DNA from: Simkaniaceae bacterium
Lineage (GTDB): Bacteria; Chlamydiota; Chlamydiia; Chlamydiales; JAJFMI01
Length of the DNA: 64,000 nucleotides
Direction: 5' to 3'
Assembly: GCA_040880145.1 (NCBI GenBank)
Contig: JBBDIZ010000029.1
Location: forward strand, 4,820-68,819
The notes below the pieces were generated by a model that was not told the DNA's origin, ran no database searches, and worked only from the letters and a program-made list of their open reading frames with translations. The translations under genes were made by a program, and so were the position numbers. Below, piece by piece: positions 1 through 11,872 of the stretch (the first letter of the stretch is position 1; the number at the start of each line of letters is the position of its first letter).

Positions 1-39
1 AAAAATTAAAAAAGGGTAGAGGAGCGCGATTCCGCACTC

Positions 40-1845
40 ATGCATGACTTGATGGATATTGACTTTTCCGGTTGGACAACAAATAAGAAAGTGATGGAGT
101 GGGTTCAACAAGTCGCTGCGCTTTGTACTCCTGATAAGGTTCACCTTTGCGATGGTTCGGATGCTGAAAATGACTATCTTTCAAAGCTTCTTGTCGAGAA
201 AGGCGCTTTTGTTCCGTTAAAAAAAAGACCTCAAAGTTATTGGTGCCACTCTGATCCGGCTGATGTTGCCCGCGTCGAAGAGCGCACCTTCATCTGCAGT
301 AAAAAGAAAGAAGATGCAGGCCCGACTAATAATTGGTGCGATCCCGAAGAAATGAAAAAAACCTTGCGGCCTCTCTTTAAAGGATGCATGAAGGGCCGTA
401 CCCTGTATGTTCTCCCTTTTAGCATGGGCCCTGTTGGATCTTCTTACTCCATTATCGGAATCGAAATATCAGACTCTCCTTACGTAGTTGTGAATATGCG
501 CATCATGACTCGGATGGGAAAAGAGATCTTAGATTTATTAAATGAAAACAAGCCCTTTGTCCCTTGCCTTCATTCCGTTGGAATGCCCTTAGGCCCCGAT
601 CAAAAAGATGTCGCATGGCCCTGTAATAAAGAGCAAAAATACATCGTTCATTTTCCGGAAGAGAGACTCATTTGGTCTTATGGCAGCGGGTATGGTGGAA
701 ATTCCCTTTTGGGTAAAAAGTGTTTGGCTCTTCGCATTGCCTCTAAAATGGCAAAAGATGAGGGATGGATGGCTGAACATATGCTGATTGTAGCTATCAC
801 CAATCCTGAAGGCATAAAAAAGTATTTCACAGCGGCCTTCCCAAGCGCCTGTGGTAAAACGAATTTAGCGATGTTGACGGCAACGTTGCCGGGATGGAAA
901 GTCGAATGCGTAGGGGATGACATTGCCTGGATGCGCTTTGATGAAGAAGGCGTCTTGCGCGCCATTAACCCGGAAGCCGGCTTTTTTGGAGTCGCCCCCG
1001 GAACTTCATTTGATTCGAATCCCAATGCAATGAAAACAATCGAAAAAAATTCTATTTTCACCAATACGGCACTTACCGATGATGGAGATGTTTGGTGGGA
1101 AGGGATGACGGATAAGGCTCCTGATCACTTAACGGATTGGAAGGGAAATTCATGGACGCCCGGCTCAACGGAGAAGGCCTCGCACCCAAATGCTCGCTTT
1201 ACGACACCTGCAAAACAATGTCCTGTTATCGAACCTGCTTTTGAAGATCCAAAAGGTGTACCCATATCGGGAATTATTTTTGGAGGGCGCCGAGCCAAAA
1301 CGATACCGCTTGTCTTTGAAACGCTTAGCTGGGCGCATGGAACTCTTACCGGAGCGTCGCTTTCATCCGAGCGGACAGCCGCGGCTTCCGGAAAAGTGGG
1401 CGAGCTTCGACACGACCCCTTTGCAATGCTTCCCTTTTGTGGATACCATATGGGAGATTACTTCCAACATTGGCTCGATATGGAAAAAAAAGGTCATCAA
1501 ATGCCGAAAATTTTCTATGTCAATTGGTTTAGGAAATCAGATGATGGAAAATTTCTTTGGCCGGGTTTCGGAGAAAACTCTCGAGTCTTAAAATGGATGT
1601 TTGAGCGCATTTTAAATCAAGTTGATGCAGAGGAAACTCCGATTGGTTTTTTGCCTAAAAAAGAGGATATCGATCTTACAAACCTTTCGTTTGAGAAAGC
1701 AAAATTAGATGAGTTATTGCAAGTTGACCCCGCTCTTTGGAAAAAGGAGCTTTCAGAATTAAAAGAATATTTTCGATCCTTCGGCGACCGTTTCCCTAAA
1801 AAGCTCCAAGAAGAGCTCCAAAAGTTCTCTTCAAGGCTTTCATAA
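40..1845 (+). CDS. pckG: phosphoenolpyruvate carboxykinase (GTP)
   Basis: 601-aa ORF. GTP-PEPCK signatures [22 protein letters not shown] and P-loop [12 protein letters not shown]. Confidence 0.95.
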   Translation: MHDLMDIDFSGWTTNKKVMEWVQQVAALCTPDKVHLCDGSDAENDYLSKLLVEKGAFVPLKKRPQSYWCHSDPADVARVEERTFICSKKKEDAGPTNNWCDPEEMKKTLRPLFKGCMKGRTLYVLPFSMGPVGSSYSIIGIEISDSPYVVVNMRIMTRMGKEILDLLNENKPFVPCLHSVGMPLGPDQKDVAWPCNKEQKYIVHFPEERLIWSYGSGYGGNSLLGKKCLALRIASKMAKDEGWMAEHMLIVAITNPEGIKKYFTAAFPSACGKTNLAMLTATLPGWKVECVGDDIAWMRFDEEGVLRAINPEAGFFGVAPGTSFDSNPNAMKTIEKNSIFTNTALTDDGDVWWEGMTDKAPDHLTDWKGNSWTPGSTEKASHPNARFTTPAKQCPVIEPAFEDPKGVPISGIIFGGRRAKTIPLVFETLSWAHGTLTGASLSSERTAAASGKVGELRHDPFAMLPFCGYHMGDYFQHWLDMEKKGHQMPKIFYVNWFRKSDDGKFLWPGFGENSRVLKWMFERILNQVDAEETPIGFLPKKEDIDLTNLSFEKAKLDELLQVDPALWKKELSELKEYFRSFGDRFPKKLQEELQKFSSRLS

Positions 1846-1871
1846 ATTGCTTTTATCTTTCAAAGTCGATC

Positions 1872-2294
1872 TTAAGAACAAATCTCTTCAGGTTTGAAAA
1901 AAAAGGCGATTTCAATTTTTGCATTTTCAAGGCTATCTGAACCGTGGACAGCATTGGCATCGATATTATCAGCAAAATCAAAGCGAATGGTACCGGGTGA
2001 TGCTTCCTTTGGATTTGTAGCTCCCATTACATCGCGATTTTTTTTAACAGCAGATTCGCCCTCTAATACAGAAATGAAAACAGGACCTGAGGTCATAAAG
2101 GCGACAAGTTCACCAAAGAAAGGGCGCGCTTTATGGATGGCATAAAATGCTTTGGCATCGTCTTCTGAAATTCGCATCATTTTGGTCGCGACAACTTTAA
2201 GATTTTGGCCTTCAAAACGGTCTAGAATCTTTCCGATTACATTTTTTTTAACTGCGTCAGGTTTGATAATGGATAGGGTTTGCTCTTTTATCAT
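1872..2294 (-). CDS. ndk: nucleoside diphosphate kinase
   Basis: 140 aa. [13 protein letters not shown]-terminus and NAVHGSDS active-site His motif. Confidence 0.95.
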   Translation of the reverse strand: MIKEQTLSIIKPDAVKKNVIGKILDRFEGQNLKVVATKMMRISEDDAKAFYAIHKARPFFGELVAFMTSGPVFISVLEGESAVKKNRDVMGATNPKEASPGTIRFDFADNIDANAVHGSDSLENAKIEIAFFFKPEEICS

Positions 2295-2382
2295 ATTAGC
2301 TCCTTTGATTTAGGATGAAGAGTCTAACAACTTTCTCTTTATGATTCAATTATTCTTATTTTTAGTGTAAACTGGAGGTGTT

Positions 2383-3471
2383 ATGCGAGATCAAATTTTT
2401 AAAAAAATATTAGTATCAAAGCTTCGCCATCACGGGGATGTCCTTTTATCCGCTCCTCTTTTTTCTTTATTAAAAAAACGTTTTCCCGATGCTCAAATCG
2501 ACGCGCATATTTATAAGGAGACGCTTCCAATGCTTCAGGGGCATCCTGCGATTTCAAATTTTCTTTGCGTAGATAAAAATTGGAAAAAAAAAGGGGCCTT
2601 TTTTCGCTATTTTCAAGAGCTTAAGTTGCTTCGGCAAATTAAGAAAGGCGGATATGACCTCGCTCTCAACCTAACCGAGGGGGATCGAGGCGCGATGGCT
2701 TGCAAGGTGTCAGGGGCTCTTATTCGAGTGGGGTTTGATCCGGAAAAAAGCGGAATGAGGGGAAAACGGAAGTTTTACACTCACGTAGCGCGCATTTTGC
2801 ATGGTGAGCGCCATACCGTTGAGCGTCATTTTGATGTTCTTCGCGTGATTGGAATTTTTCCTGAAGCTAACGAGAGAGAGCTTTTTTTTCACATTCCAGA
2901 GAAAGCACGTTTGAAAGCCATGTCGTTATTAAGCGGGGCAGGAATTTATCCGGGTCGTTTTACGCTTATTCATCCGACGAGCCGATGGCTTTTCAAATGC
3001 TTACCCGCCTCCACCATGGCGGCCCTTATCTTGGAACTGGATAAGAGGGGGAAAAAGATCGTCATCACCTCAAGTCCATCGCCTGAAGAAAGAGAGATGG
3101 TTTCTCAAATCCTTCTCCGCGCTCCCAAAATGGATCTGCTTGATTTAAGTGGGAAGACCACACTCAAGGAGCTTGGCGCATTGATCGAAATGAGTGAGCA
3201 TTTGATTACGGTTGATTCACTTCCTCTCCATATTTCAAGTGCTTTCAAAAAACCTGTCTTGGCCATTTTTGGACCCACCTCAGAAAAGAGCTGGGCGCCT
3301 TGGCAGAACCCTTACGCCCGCGTTGTTACAAAACAGATGCCTTGCCGGCCTTGTTATATGCCGGGGTGTGGAGGAAGCGAAAAAAGTGATTGCTTGGAGA
3401 GTTTAGATGTTCAGGAGATACTCAGAGCTTTTGACTCGATCGATCAGAGTTTAAACTCATCTCCGAAATAA
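2383..3471 (+). CDS. glycosyltransferase family 9 (LPS heptosyltransferase-like)
   Basis: 362 aa. N-terminal KILVSKLRHHGDVLLSAPLF is typical of GT9. C-terminal TVDSLPLHISSAF...FGPT block also fits. Confidence 0.75.
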   Translation: MRDQIFKKILVSKLRHHGDVLLSAPLFSLLKKRFPDAQIDAHIYKETLPMLQGHPAISNFLCVDKNWKKKGAFFRYFQELKLLRQIKKGGYDLALNLTEGDRGAMACKVSGALIRVGFDPEKSGMRGKRKFYTHVARILHGERHTVERHFDVLRVIGIFPEANERELFFHIPEKARLKAMSLLSGAGIYPGRFTLIHPTSRWLFKCLPASTMAALILELDKRGKKIVITSSPSPEEREMVSQILLRAPKMDLLDLSGKTTLKELGALIEMSEHLITVDSLPLHISSAFKKPVLAIFGPTSEKSWAPWQNPYARVVTKQMPCRPCYMPGCGGSEKSDCLESLDVQEILRAFDSIDQSLNSSPK

Positions 3472-4163
3472 TGGGTGATCGCTTCAGGATTTTTTAAAAT
3501 CTCTTCCTTTGTTCCAGAGGTTAAAACTTTTTTATTTTGTATCAAATAGCTACGGTCAACGATAGAGAAAAGCTCACGCGCATTATGATCGGTGATTAAA
3601 ATGCTAATTTTCTTTTTCGTTAAATGGCGAATCATTCGCTTTAGGTCTTGGACGGTTAGGGGATCTACATTGGCAAAGGGTTCGTCTAGCAGGAGAAGTT
3701 CAGGATTAGTGACTAAAGAGCGGGTGATTTCCAGTCTTCGCCTTTCTCCTCCTGAAAGCGTGACGGCTAGGGATTTTGCTTTATCTTCCAAATGAAGCTC
3801 ATGCAGAAGCTCTTGAAGGCGCCTTTTTCTCAAAGACTTAGGTATAGAGAGCGTTTCCAAAATACAAAGAATGTTTTCCTCGACAGTTAAAGAGCGGAAA
3901 ATGGAGGGTTCTTGAGCGAGATAGCCCATTCCCATTTTGGCCCTTTTATGGATAGGTAATTTGGTGACATCCTGATCTTTAAAAAAAACCTGCCCCTTGT
4001 CCGGACGGATCAAACCAATCGTCATATAAAAAGCTGTGGTTTTCCCGGCGCCATTTGGACCAAGCAATCCGACAACCTCACCTGCTTTCACCTCAAAATT
4101 CAAGCCTTTGAGAATGGATTTACTCCCGTACGATTTTTCAAGGTTTTGAACTTTTAAGATCAT
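3444..4163 (-). CDS. lptB: LPS export ABC transporter ATP-binding protein
   Basis: 239 aa. Walker A GPNGAGKTT, signature LSGGERRRLEITR, Walker B LLLDEP. Sits downstream of an OstA-like gene. Confidence 0.9.
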   Translation of the reverse strand: MILKVQNLEKSYGSKSILKGLNFEVKAGEVVGLLGPNGAGKTTAFYMTIGLIRPDKGQVFFKDQDVTKLPIHKRAKMGMGYLAQEPSIFRSLTVEENILCILETLSIPKSLRKRRLQELLHELHLEDKAKSLAVTLSGGERRRLEITRSLVTNPELLLLDEPFANVDPLTVQDLKRMIRHLTKKKISILITDHNARELFSIVDRSYLIQNKKVLTSGTKEEILKNPEAITHYFGDEFKL

Positions 4164-5101
4164 AAAAATTTTTTTAATTTAATTTTTTCTTCATCTGTCA
4201 GTGTGATGTGTACAGCTCCTTGGCTGATAATGTAGCGCTGGCCATAGGAAATCTCAATTTCATCTTCTGCTCGAAGTTCAATCGATTTTTGATCGTTCCA
4301 AAAAAGCAAAGGGTCTTTAGGAGAGCCGAAGAGCGTTAAACTTTTTGTAAAGGGAGTATAATGGGCTCTTTTCGCACTTCCATATGCGATGTGTCCTTCG
4401 CGGTCTTTATAAATAATGGCGACTTCGTCTCTAAAATCAAAGGCTCTTAGCACAAAGCCATGAGGGGTATTCATTAAGGTGAGAGTCATGGAGTTGGCTC
4501 CAATTTCTAATTCTTCAGAAAGGTAGAGTATGGGGTCTTTTGATTCAATGATCAAAAAATTCTCGTCTAGCTTTAAGCCATTTTTTGCAATAAAAGTATG
4601 GGGGCCAAGTTTAAGGGTGGTTTCCCCTTTTGACTCGATGACATGAGAGAGTTGATGTTGATTTTGAATTGAAAGCGTTTCTAGACAATGCATCGTTCCA
4701 AAAATTTCATGAGTGACATGGATTTGACCTTCTAGTGTGAGTTTTTCATTTTTAGGGTCTAAAAAGGCTTGGTTTGCTCGATAGGAAAAAGGAAGAGAGT
4801 TTTTAGAAAAAAAAGCACCTCTTACATTATGAAGCATCAATCTTTCTTTGGTGAGTTCGATAAAACTTGATTGAGCTTCAAAAAGAGCGTGCTTAAAAAA
4901 GCACGGGGAGGTTTTTTCTTTAGCCACGATTTTAGAATCTTGTAAATACTCGACAAGATCGCTTTTCAGCTGCCATTCGCCCTCTTTTTCGATCACTACA
5001 TTCCCATTGAGATAAATCTTATTTTTTTCATACTCAGCTTCGTCTGACTTAATCAGGGTATCGCTCAATGTGAAAGCTAGCATCAGACTACAGATAAACA
5101 T
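4160..5101 (-). CDS. OstA/LptA-like periplasmic LPS transport protein
   Basis: 313 aa. OstA-like pattern IKSDEAEYEKNKIYLNGNVVIEKEGEWQLKSDLV. 4-nt overlap with the lptB start. Position matches the lptC-lptA-lptB order. Confidence 0.5.
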   Translation of the reverse strand: MFICSLMLAFTLSDTLIKSDEAEYEKNKIYLNGNVVIEKEGEWQLKSDLVEYLQDSKIVAKEKTSPCFFKHALFEAQSSFIELTKERLMLHNVRGAFFSKNSLPFSYRANQAFLDPKNEKLTLEGQIHVTHEIFGTMHCLETLSIQNQHQLSHVIESKGETTLKLGPHTFIAKNGLKLDENFLIIESKDPILYLSEELEIGANSMTLTLMNTPHGFVLRAFDFRDEVAIIYKDREGHIAYGSAKRAHYTPFTKSLTLFGSPKDPLLFWNDQKSIELRAEDEIEISYGQRYIISQGAVHITLTDEEKIKLKKFL

Positions 5102-5114
5102 GCTTGACCTTATT

Positions 5115-7024
<1,910 letters not shown>

Positions 7025-7034
7025 TAACGTTTAT

Positions 7035-7053
7035 TATACCGAAATTCACTTGA
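7035..7053 (-). repeat. degenerate copy of repeat family A (TATACCGAAATTCACTTGA)
   Basis: The 3' half (TTTCGGTATA on the minus strand) matches the family-A consensus and the 5' half diverges. Lies 10 nt upstream of the dapB ATG. Confidence 0.4.
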
Positions 7054-7092
7054 AAATCTATTCATTTATCGTTAACATGGCCAGCATCTTTT

Positions 7093-7166
7093 GGATTGGT
7101 AGCTCAGTTGGATAGAGCATCCGCCTTCTAAGCGGACGGTCGCAGGTTCGAGTCCTGCCCAATCCG
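7093..7166 (+). tRNA. tRNA-Arg (anticodon TCT)
   Basis: Hand-folded cloverleaf. Acceptor GGATTGG/CCAATCC, anticodon stem TCCGC/GCGGA with loop CTTCTAA, T-arm GCAGG-TTCGAGT-CCTGC. Confidence 0.9.
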
Positions 7167-7193
7167 AACTTTTAATATCTGAGGTTTTTTACT

Positions 7194-9809
7194 GTGGAAA
7201 AAAATTCCCTTCTCGGTGATCAAAAAATAACTTTATATCAATTTGAAAACCTCGATACGATTTTCAAGACATTTACAACGACAGAATTTTTAATCCTCAA
7301 TGAGCATTTAAAACGGAATACAGTGAGTCAAAGCCTCGCGGATTTGATCAAAAATGCCCCTGATCAGCGCTTCTTGCTTTCAGCTATCGTTTCGTTTATT
7401 TCTCGGCTTTATGAGGAGCGTGTTGTTAATTATTATTCTTTCACAAGTTTTGAGATTTGGCTGAATCAATTTTCAGATTACTCTGAAGAAGAGCATTATC
7501 AGATTCGTGCTAAAATTATGGGACGCTATGTGCCAAGGGATGAATATCAGTGTTTTTTCCCAATTGGGATGGGTAAGCAGTATAAGGGGACTCATTTTAT
7601 AACGGCCCACGCCTCTCCCGATCTCGATACAACCGTTGCCTCGTTTTGGGGCTTTGTCGATGCATTTGCTGCCCGTGTAGGTGAAGGACTCCATATCTGG
7701 AACCTGCCCGGCGGCCCTCCATCGAACCAAGCTGAGATCAAATTCCTTTTCCAAGATTACTTTGGCCAAAAGGTCTTCCACACTTACGCTAAAAAGCGGC
7801 AAAAATTGACCCTTTGCAGTTTTGACTTAATGTCTCAGAAGGATTTGATCCGCAAGACCCCGCAAGACCCTGTTTTGAGCTTGGATCATGAGCGAAATCG
7901 CAACGCGGTTGTGGTTTTTGATCCAGAGGGCTATTACTTAGGTGATTGGCGTTATTTTGATGTCGAGGGTGTCCGCCAGGTTGTTACGGCTTTAGAGAAT
8001 TGCCTTCGCTGGTTAGAAGGGGATATCCATGCTCGTTTGATCTCATTTTTTTCTACAGAGACGGTTTTAAAAAAAGATGTAAAGCCCTTTAATCAACTTC
8101 TCTTAATGGAGAAAATTTGTGAGTCTGAACCCGGCAAGGATTTAACTTTTCGCCAGCAGAAAGCGCTTCAGCTCTATTTGGAAAAAGTTCTAATGGTTGA
8201 AAGTGGTTTTGATACCACTTTCTTAGAATTCTCAACGGCAATGGAAGAGCAATCCATTGCGGATTTTATGCCCTTTAAAGAAGCGCTGACGCAGCTGGAC
8301 TCAGAAGAATTCTTTGACGAAAAGGGAATGATCCGGGAAAATCGCCCCAAGCTCTTTACTTATCTTAAGCGCATGATGAAGGCCCTCTCTTCCGCTTTTA
8401 GAAGTGTGAGGCTTTATGTTGAGCGGTTAGAGATCGCCCTTCAAATCAAAAGTAAGGTTTTTGGCTACGATCCAAAAACCTTGTCTTATCGAGCGGATAT
8501 CGAAGAGGTCAAAACAAAGATGGATGGGTATCCTTACCTAACCGTTATCTATCCGGATAAGTCCGGACGATCCATTCCTGTGGGAGTGATTCATGGACTC
8601 GATCTTCAAAAATCAACGCTCGGAACGGTGACTCTCAGAGATTTTTGTAACCGGGAAGAGACAAAAATCCCGCCTTTTCTCGATATCATCAGTGTTATCG
8701 ATCATCATAAGACGGCGCTGACAACAACGGCTCCTCCGATGGTCTTGATTGCGGATGCTCAAAGCTCGAATACCTTAGTGGCTTCTCTTTGTTTTGCGAT
8801 CAATGATCGGTATGCTCTTGGGGGGCAATCTGAGGAGAGTATTGAGGTTCAACTAAAAGAACTCGAAAAAGAGCCTTGGACGCCTCGAAAAAGCCGCTTA
8901 ATGCAGCGTCTTTTTCAAAAGAAAGCGATTTGCACGCATCAAAAGCCTTACTACGTTTCAAAAGAGAGGGAAGCCATTGAATATCGTCACTATCTCTTTG
9001 CTATCTTAGACGATACGGACCTTTTGACCAAGGTTACAAGTCGTGATATTGAATGTGTAGCTACCCTTCTTAATCGGTTGAAATCCTTAGCGCTCTCAAA
9101 AGAGATCGAGGTCATAGACTTTGACGATTTGCCAAGAGATCGTGAATTTTCAAGACACGCCGCTAAACAATTATTGCAAAATCGCGACCTCTATTCTCTC
9201 TATGACAAGGTCTATATAAAACGAGAGGCAGCGGTCAATGAAAACATCGAACTTTGTTTAAATGGCCAAGAGAATGATCTCTTCTCAGACACAAAAATTC
9301 AAAATAACTGCTGTCGAGTGGGTCAAATTAAGCTTTTTGTCAAAAACGTCTCCTTCCTGCAAGAACGCTCCGATAGGCTGAAAGAGATGTGGGTTGGGTT
9401 TTCGAATGACATGCATCATCATAAGAGAGAGATCGATCTCTACCTTCAGATGATTTCAACAATTTCAAGCGCAGAAGAACTGGTCTCAGGAAAAGAGATC
9501 AAACATGATCATCAAGATGAGCTTTGGATTTACATTACGGAAACCGATTTAGCGATCGAACATTTAAGGCTTTTTCTCAATGCATTTCAAAACTCGCCTC
9601 AGATTAAAGAGAATGAGATTCAGGTTTCTGTTTATGGAGAAAGAGCAAAATATATGGCTCATATCTTCCAAGATGCCTTTCGCAAGTGTCCATTAGAGAT
9701 CATTGAAAAGAAGGGGGGCGCAACCCATGCAGTCATTCGCTATAGTGCCGGTTCACTCAATTCACGAAAAGCGATGATTTCGCCCTACCTCCCAAAACTT
9801 ATAGGGTGA
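7194..9809 (+). CDS. large DHH/DHHA2-family phosphoesterase-like protein
   Basis: 871 aa with a GTG start. DHH motifs HASPDLDTTVAS, VIDHHK and a family-II-PPase-like AILDDTDLLTK. Long insertions between the motifs. Confidence 0.55.
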   Translation: MEKNSLLGDQKITLYQFENLDTIFKTFTTTEFLILNEHLKRNTVSQSLADLIKNAPDQRFLLSAIVSFISRLYEERVVNYYSFTSFEIWLNQFSDYSEEEHYQIRAKIMGRYVPRDEYQCFFPIGMGKQYKGTHFITAHASPDLDTTVASFWGFVDAFAARVGEGLHIWNLPGGPPSNQAEIKFLFQDYFGQKVFHTYAKKRQKLTLCSFDLMSQKDLIRKTPQDPVLSLDHERNRNAVVVFDPEGYYLGDWRYFDVEGVRQVVTALENCLRWLEGDIHARLISFFSTETVLKKDVKPFNQLLLMEKICESEPGKDLTFRQQKALQLYLEKVLMVESGFDTTFLEFSTAMEEQSIADFMPFKEALTQLDSEEFFDEKGMIRENRPKLFTYLKRMMKALSSAFRSVRLYVERLEIALQIKSKVFGYDPKTLSYRADIEEVKTKMDGYPYLTVIYPDKSGRSIPVGVIHGLDLQKSTLGTVTLRDFCNREETKIPPFLDIISVIDHHKTALTTTAPPMVLIADAQSSNTLVASLCFAINDRYALGGQSEESIEVQLKELEKEPWTPRKSRLMQRLFQKKAICTHQKPYYVSKEREAIEYRHYLFAILDDTDLLTKVTSRDIECVATLLNRLKSLALSKEIEVIDFDDLPRDREFSRHAAKQLLQNRDLYSLYDKVYIKREAAVNENIELCLNGQENDLFSDTKIQNNCCRVGQIKLFVKNVSFLQERSDRLKEMWVGFSNDMHHHKREIDLYLQMISTISSAEELVSGKEIKHDHQDELWIYITETDLAIEHLRLFLNAFQNSPQIKENEIQVSVYGERAKYMAHIFQDAFRKCPLEIIEKKGGATHAVIRYSAGSLNSRKAMISPYLPKLIG

Positions 9810-9816
9810 AGTTTCT

Positions 9817-10074
9817 CTAGCTCTCTTCGACTGGAGCGCTTTCATCTTCTAGGATTTCAAGATTGACACGAATTCCATTTCGGGAAGCAACAGACATCAA
9901 TAATGTTCGGATTGCATTGATAGTCTTTCCTTTTTTCCCGATGATTTTGCCAATATCTGATTTTTCCACGCTGAGTTCGATAATAAGCGTATGAGTGCCT
10001 CCGATCTCATTAATGCGAACCTTATCTGGATTATCGACCAAATTCTTAACGATGTATTCAACAAATTCTTTCAT
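9817..10074 (-). CDS. KH-domain RNA-binding protein (YlqC/UPF0109 family)
   Basis: 85 aa. IIGKKGKTINAIRTLL KH (GXXG) core. Confidence 0.85.
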   Translation of the reverse strand: MKEFVEYIVKNLVDNPDKVRINEIGGTHTLIIELSVEKSDIGKIIGKKGKTINAIRTLLMSVASRNGIRVNLEILEDESAPVEES

Positions 10075-10144
10075 TTTCGATTCCTCTTGACTAATGGAAA
10101 TTTTAGTATGCAGAAGTTAATCTACACAAAAAAGTAGAGAAAGT

Positions 10145-11062
10145 CTATAAAATTTTTAGTTTCGGTGATAGAATTTTTATCCAATGTCTTAAATCTGAAG
10201 GAATTGGAGCCGATAGTGAGAGAGCTTCCTTTGTAAAGGGGTGATTAAACTGAAGTTCAGAAGCGTGGAGAAGGGGGCGAATTGCATTGTATTTTTGCAC
10301 ACCATAAAGAGAGTCTCCAAGAAGAGGCGTATTTACAGCTTTTAAATGAACTCGAATTTGGTGAGTGCGGCCGGTGAGTAAGTTAACTTTAAGCAGAGAA
10401 AGCCCATTATGAAAGCCAAGGACTTCGATTTCAGTAAGAGCCTCTTTGCCATCCTCTCGAATGCACATCATTTTTCGATGAATTTTATGGCGCCCGATCG
10501 GGAGGTCAATTCTATTTTGACTGGGCCGCCCAATAGCGATGGCGAGATAATTTTTTTTGATTTCTCTTTTTTTAAAAAGCTCGGAGAGCTTGCGTTGCAT
10601 AAGCTCTGTCTTTGCAACTAAAATGATTCCCGAGGTCTCTTTATCTAATCGATGAACAATACCCGGTCTCAAGTTATTGTCGGGCAAACTGCCAAGATGG
10701 TGAAGGAGGGCATTGACCAATGTTCCCTGAAGATGTCCTTTAGCGGGATGGACAACCATGCCGACCGCTTTATTGACGGCAATTAAGTGCTCATCCTCAA
10801 ATAGAATTTCAAGAGGCAGGGGCTCAGGAAGTAAAGAAATGTTTTCAGTTTTAAAAAAAGAAACGGAAACAACATCTCCTTTTTGGACGAGAGAGCGTTT
10901 TTTAGGCTCTTTTCCATTGAGCAAAATCGCCTTTTTTTCGATCAGATTTTGAAAATAATTTCTTGAAAAATCTAAGAAAGTCTCTTGCAGCCATACGTCG
11001 AGACGAAGAGGCCCCTTTAAGACATCATGATTTTCAAAAGTTAAAAGATCCATAGGGAGCAA
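10145..11062 (-). CDS. rluD: RluA-family 23S rRNA pseudouridine synthase
   Basis: 305 aa. S4-like N-terminus and catalytic HRLDKETSGIILVAK. Confidence 0.85.
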   Translation of the reverse strand: MLPMDLLTFENHDVLKGPLRLDVWLQETFLDFSRNYFQNLIEKKAILLNGKEPKKRSLVQKGDVVSVSFFKTENISLLPEPLPLEILFEDEHLIAVNKAVGMVVHPAKGHLQGTLVNALLHHLGSLPDNNLRPGIVHRLDKETSGIILVAKTELMQRKLSELFKKREIKKNYLAIAIGRPSQNRIDLPIGRHKIHRKMMCIREDGKEALTEIEVLGFHNGLSLLKVNLLTGRTHQIRVHLKAVNTPLLGDSLYGVQKYNAIRPLLHASELQFNHPFTKEALSLSAPIPSDLRHWIKILSPKLKIL

Positions 11063-11080
11063 TCATAACATAAAAGGGTC

Positions 11081-11326
11081 TCAATTACCAGACCACATCT
11101 GCCGTTCTTGTTGAAACTCTCTCTTCCAATGAGCATTTTCCCGCTTGATTTCACTTGAAACCGATTTTTCGATATTTTTCATTAGCTGCTGCCACTCTTT
11201 TGCAGTAAAGGTCATGCCTAGCCAAACATGATCCCCGTCGCTACTTGGAGGGGGCGGCGCTGGAGGCGGCGGCGGCGGAGGCGGAGGAATTGGGGCCGTT
11301 CCACTTGAGCCAATTGATCCAGTCAT
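11081..11326 (-). CDS. small poly-proline protein, unknown function
   Basis: 81 aa. P9-A-P4 run (IPPPPPPPPPPAPPPPS) encoded by a GGC/GGA triplet tract at about 11255-11295, then a charged helical tail. Confidence 0.45.
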   Translation of the reverse strand: MTGSIGSSGTAPIPPPPPPPPPAPPPPSSDGDHVWLGMTFTAKEWQQLMKNIEKSVSSEIKRENAHWKREFQQERQMWSGN

Positions 11327-11396
11327 GTCAACTCCTTATTAAACTCTTTTATTGACACTTTATCAGAATTTCACTTTTGTGCTACCTTTTTTGATT

Positions 11397-11843
11397 ATGG
11401 AAGAAAATGCTTGTTACACTTACGCTTTAAAGCTGCTAAATTACAAATCTTTTTTCACAGAAGAGCTTGATAAAAAGCTGAAGTTAAAAAAGTTTTCCAA
11501 AAAAGAGAGGGAAGCCGCAATCCTTAAAATTCAAAGTTTTGGATATTTAGATGATGTGGAAAATGCAAAACGCTTTATTCAGGGACAATTTCGTAAGGAT
11601 TTTGGACCGAGGAGTATTGTTTATAAACTCAAACTCAAGACAGGTTTTTCATTTGAGACATGTGAGGATTGGGTTCAGCGCGAACTTTCCGATCAAGAAA
11701 TCTTGAATAAACTCACCCATATTATGGAAAAGAAGTTTCGCGCATTAGACCCTATAGTTGCTAAAGGGAAAGCCTACACCTACTTTGTTCAAAGAGGATT
11801 TTCGCATGATGTCGTTGCAGATTTTATTGAATCTCAGTTATAA
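11397..11843 (+). CDS. recX: recombination regulator RecX
   Basis: RecX-like three-repeat helical pattern (ALKLLNYKSFFTEELDKKL...QSFGYLDDVENAKRFI). I chose the ATG at 11397 over the track's TTG at 11352. Confidence 0.65.
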   Translation: MEENACYTYALKLLNYKSFFTEELDKKLKLKKFSKKEREAAILKIQSFGYLDDVENAKRFIQGQFRKDFGPRSIVYKLKLKTGFSFETCEDWVQRELSDQEILNKLTHIMEKKFRALDPIVAKGKAYTYFVQRGFSHDVVADFIESQL

Positions 11844-11872
11844 AAAACAGCTATAAAAATGTGATAGATGAC

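Noticed and set aside
237-1591. Short ORFs inside or antisense to pckG (237-425, 589-780, 678-1064, 1190-1591). The same class of track entries occurs within most large genes, for example 25349-25915 in pheT, 16899-17306 in murJ and 51210-51532 in the GH63-like gene.
   Set aside because: They lie entirely within ORFs that carry strong family motifs. They have no RBS or motif support and show the composition of shadow frames.
3299-3315. TGGCAG-N5-TTAC and other TGGCA-containing sites, checked as sigma-54 promoters because a sigma-54 activator is encoded in the window.
   Set aside because: None has both the GG(-24) and GC(-12) elements at the correct spacing upstream of a gene start. This one lies inside the GT9 coding sequence.
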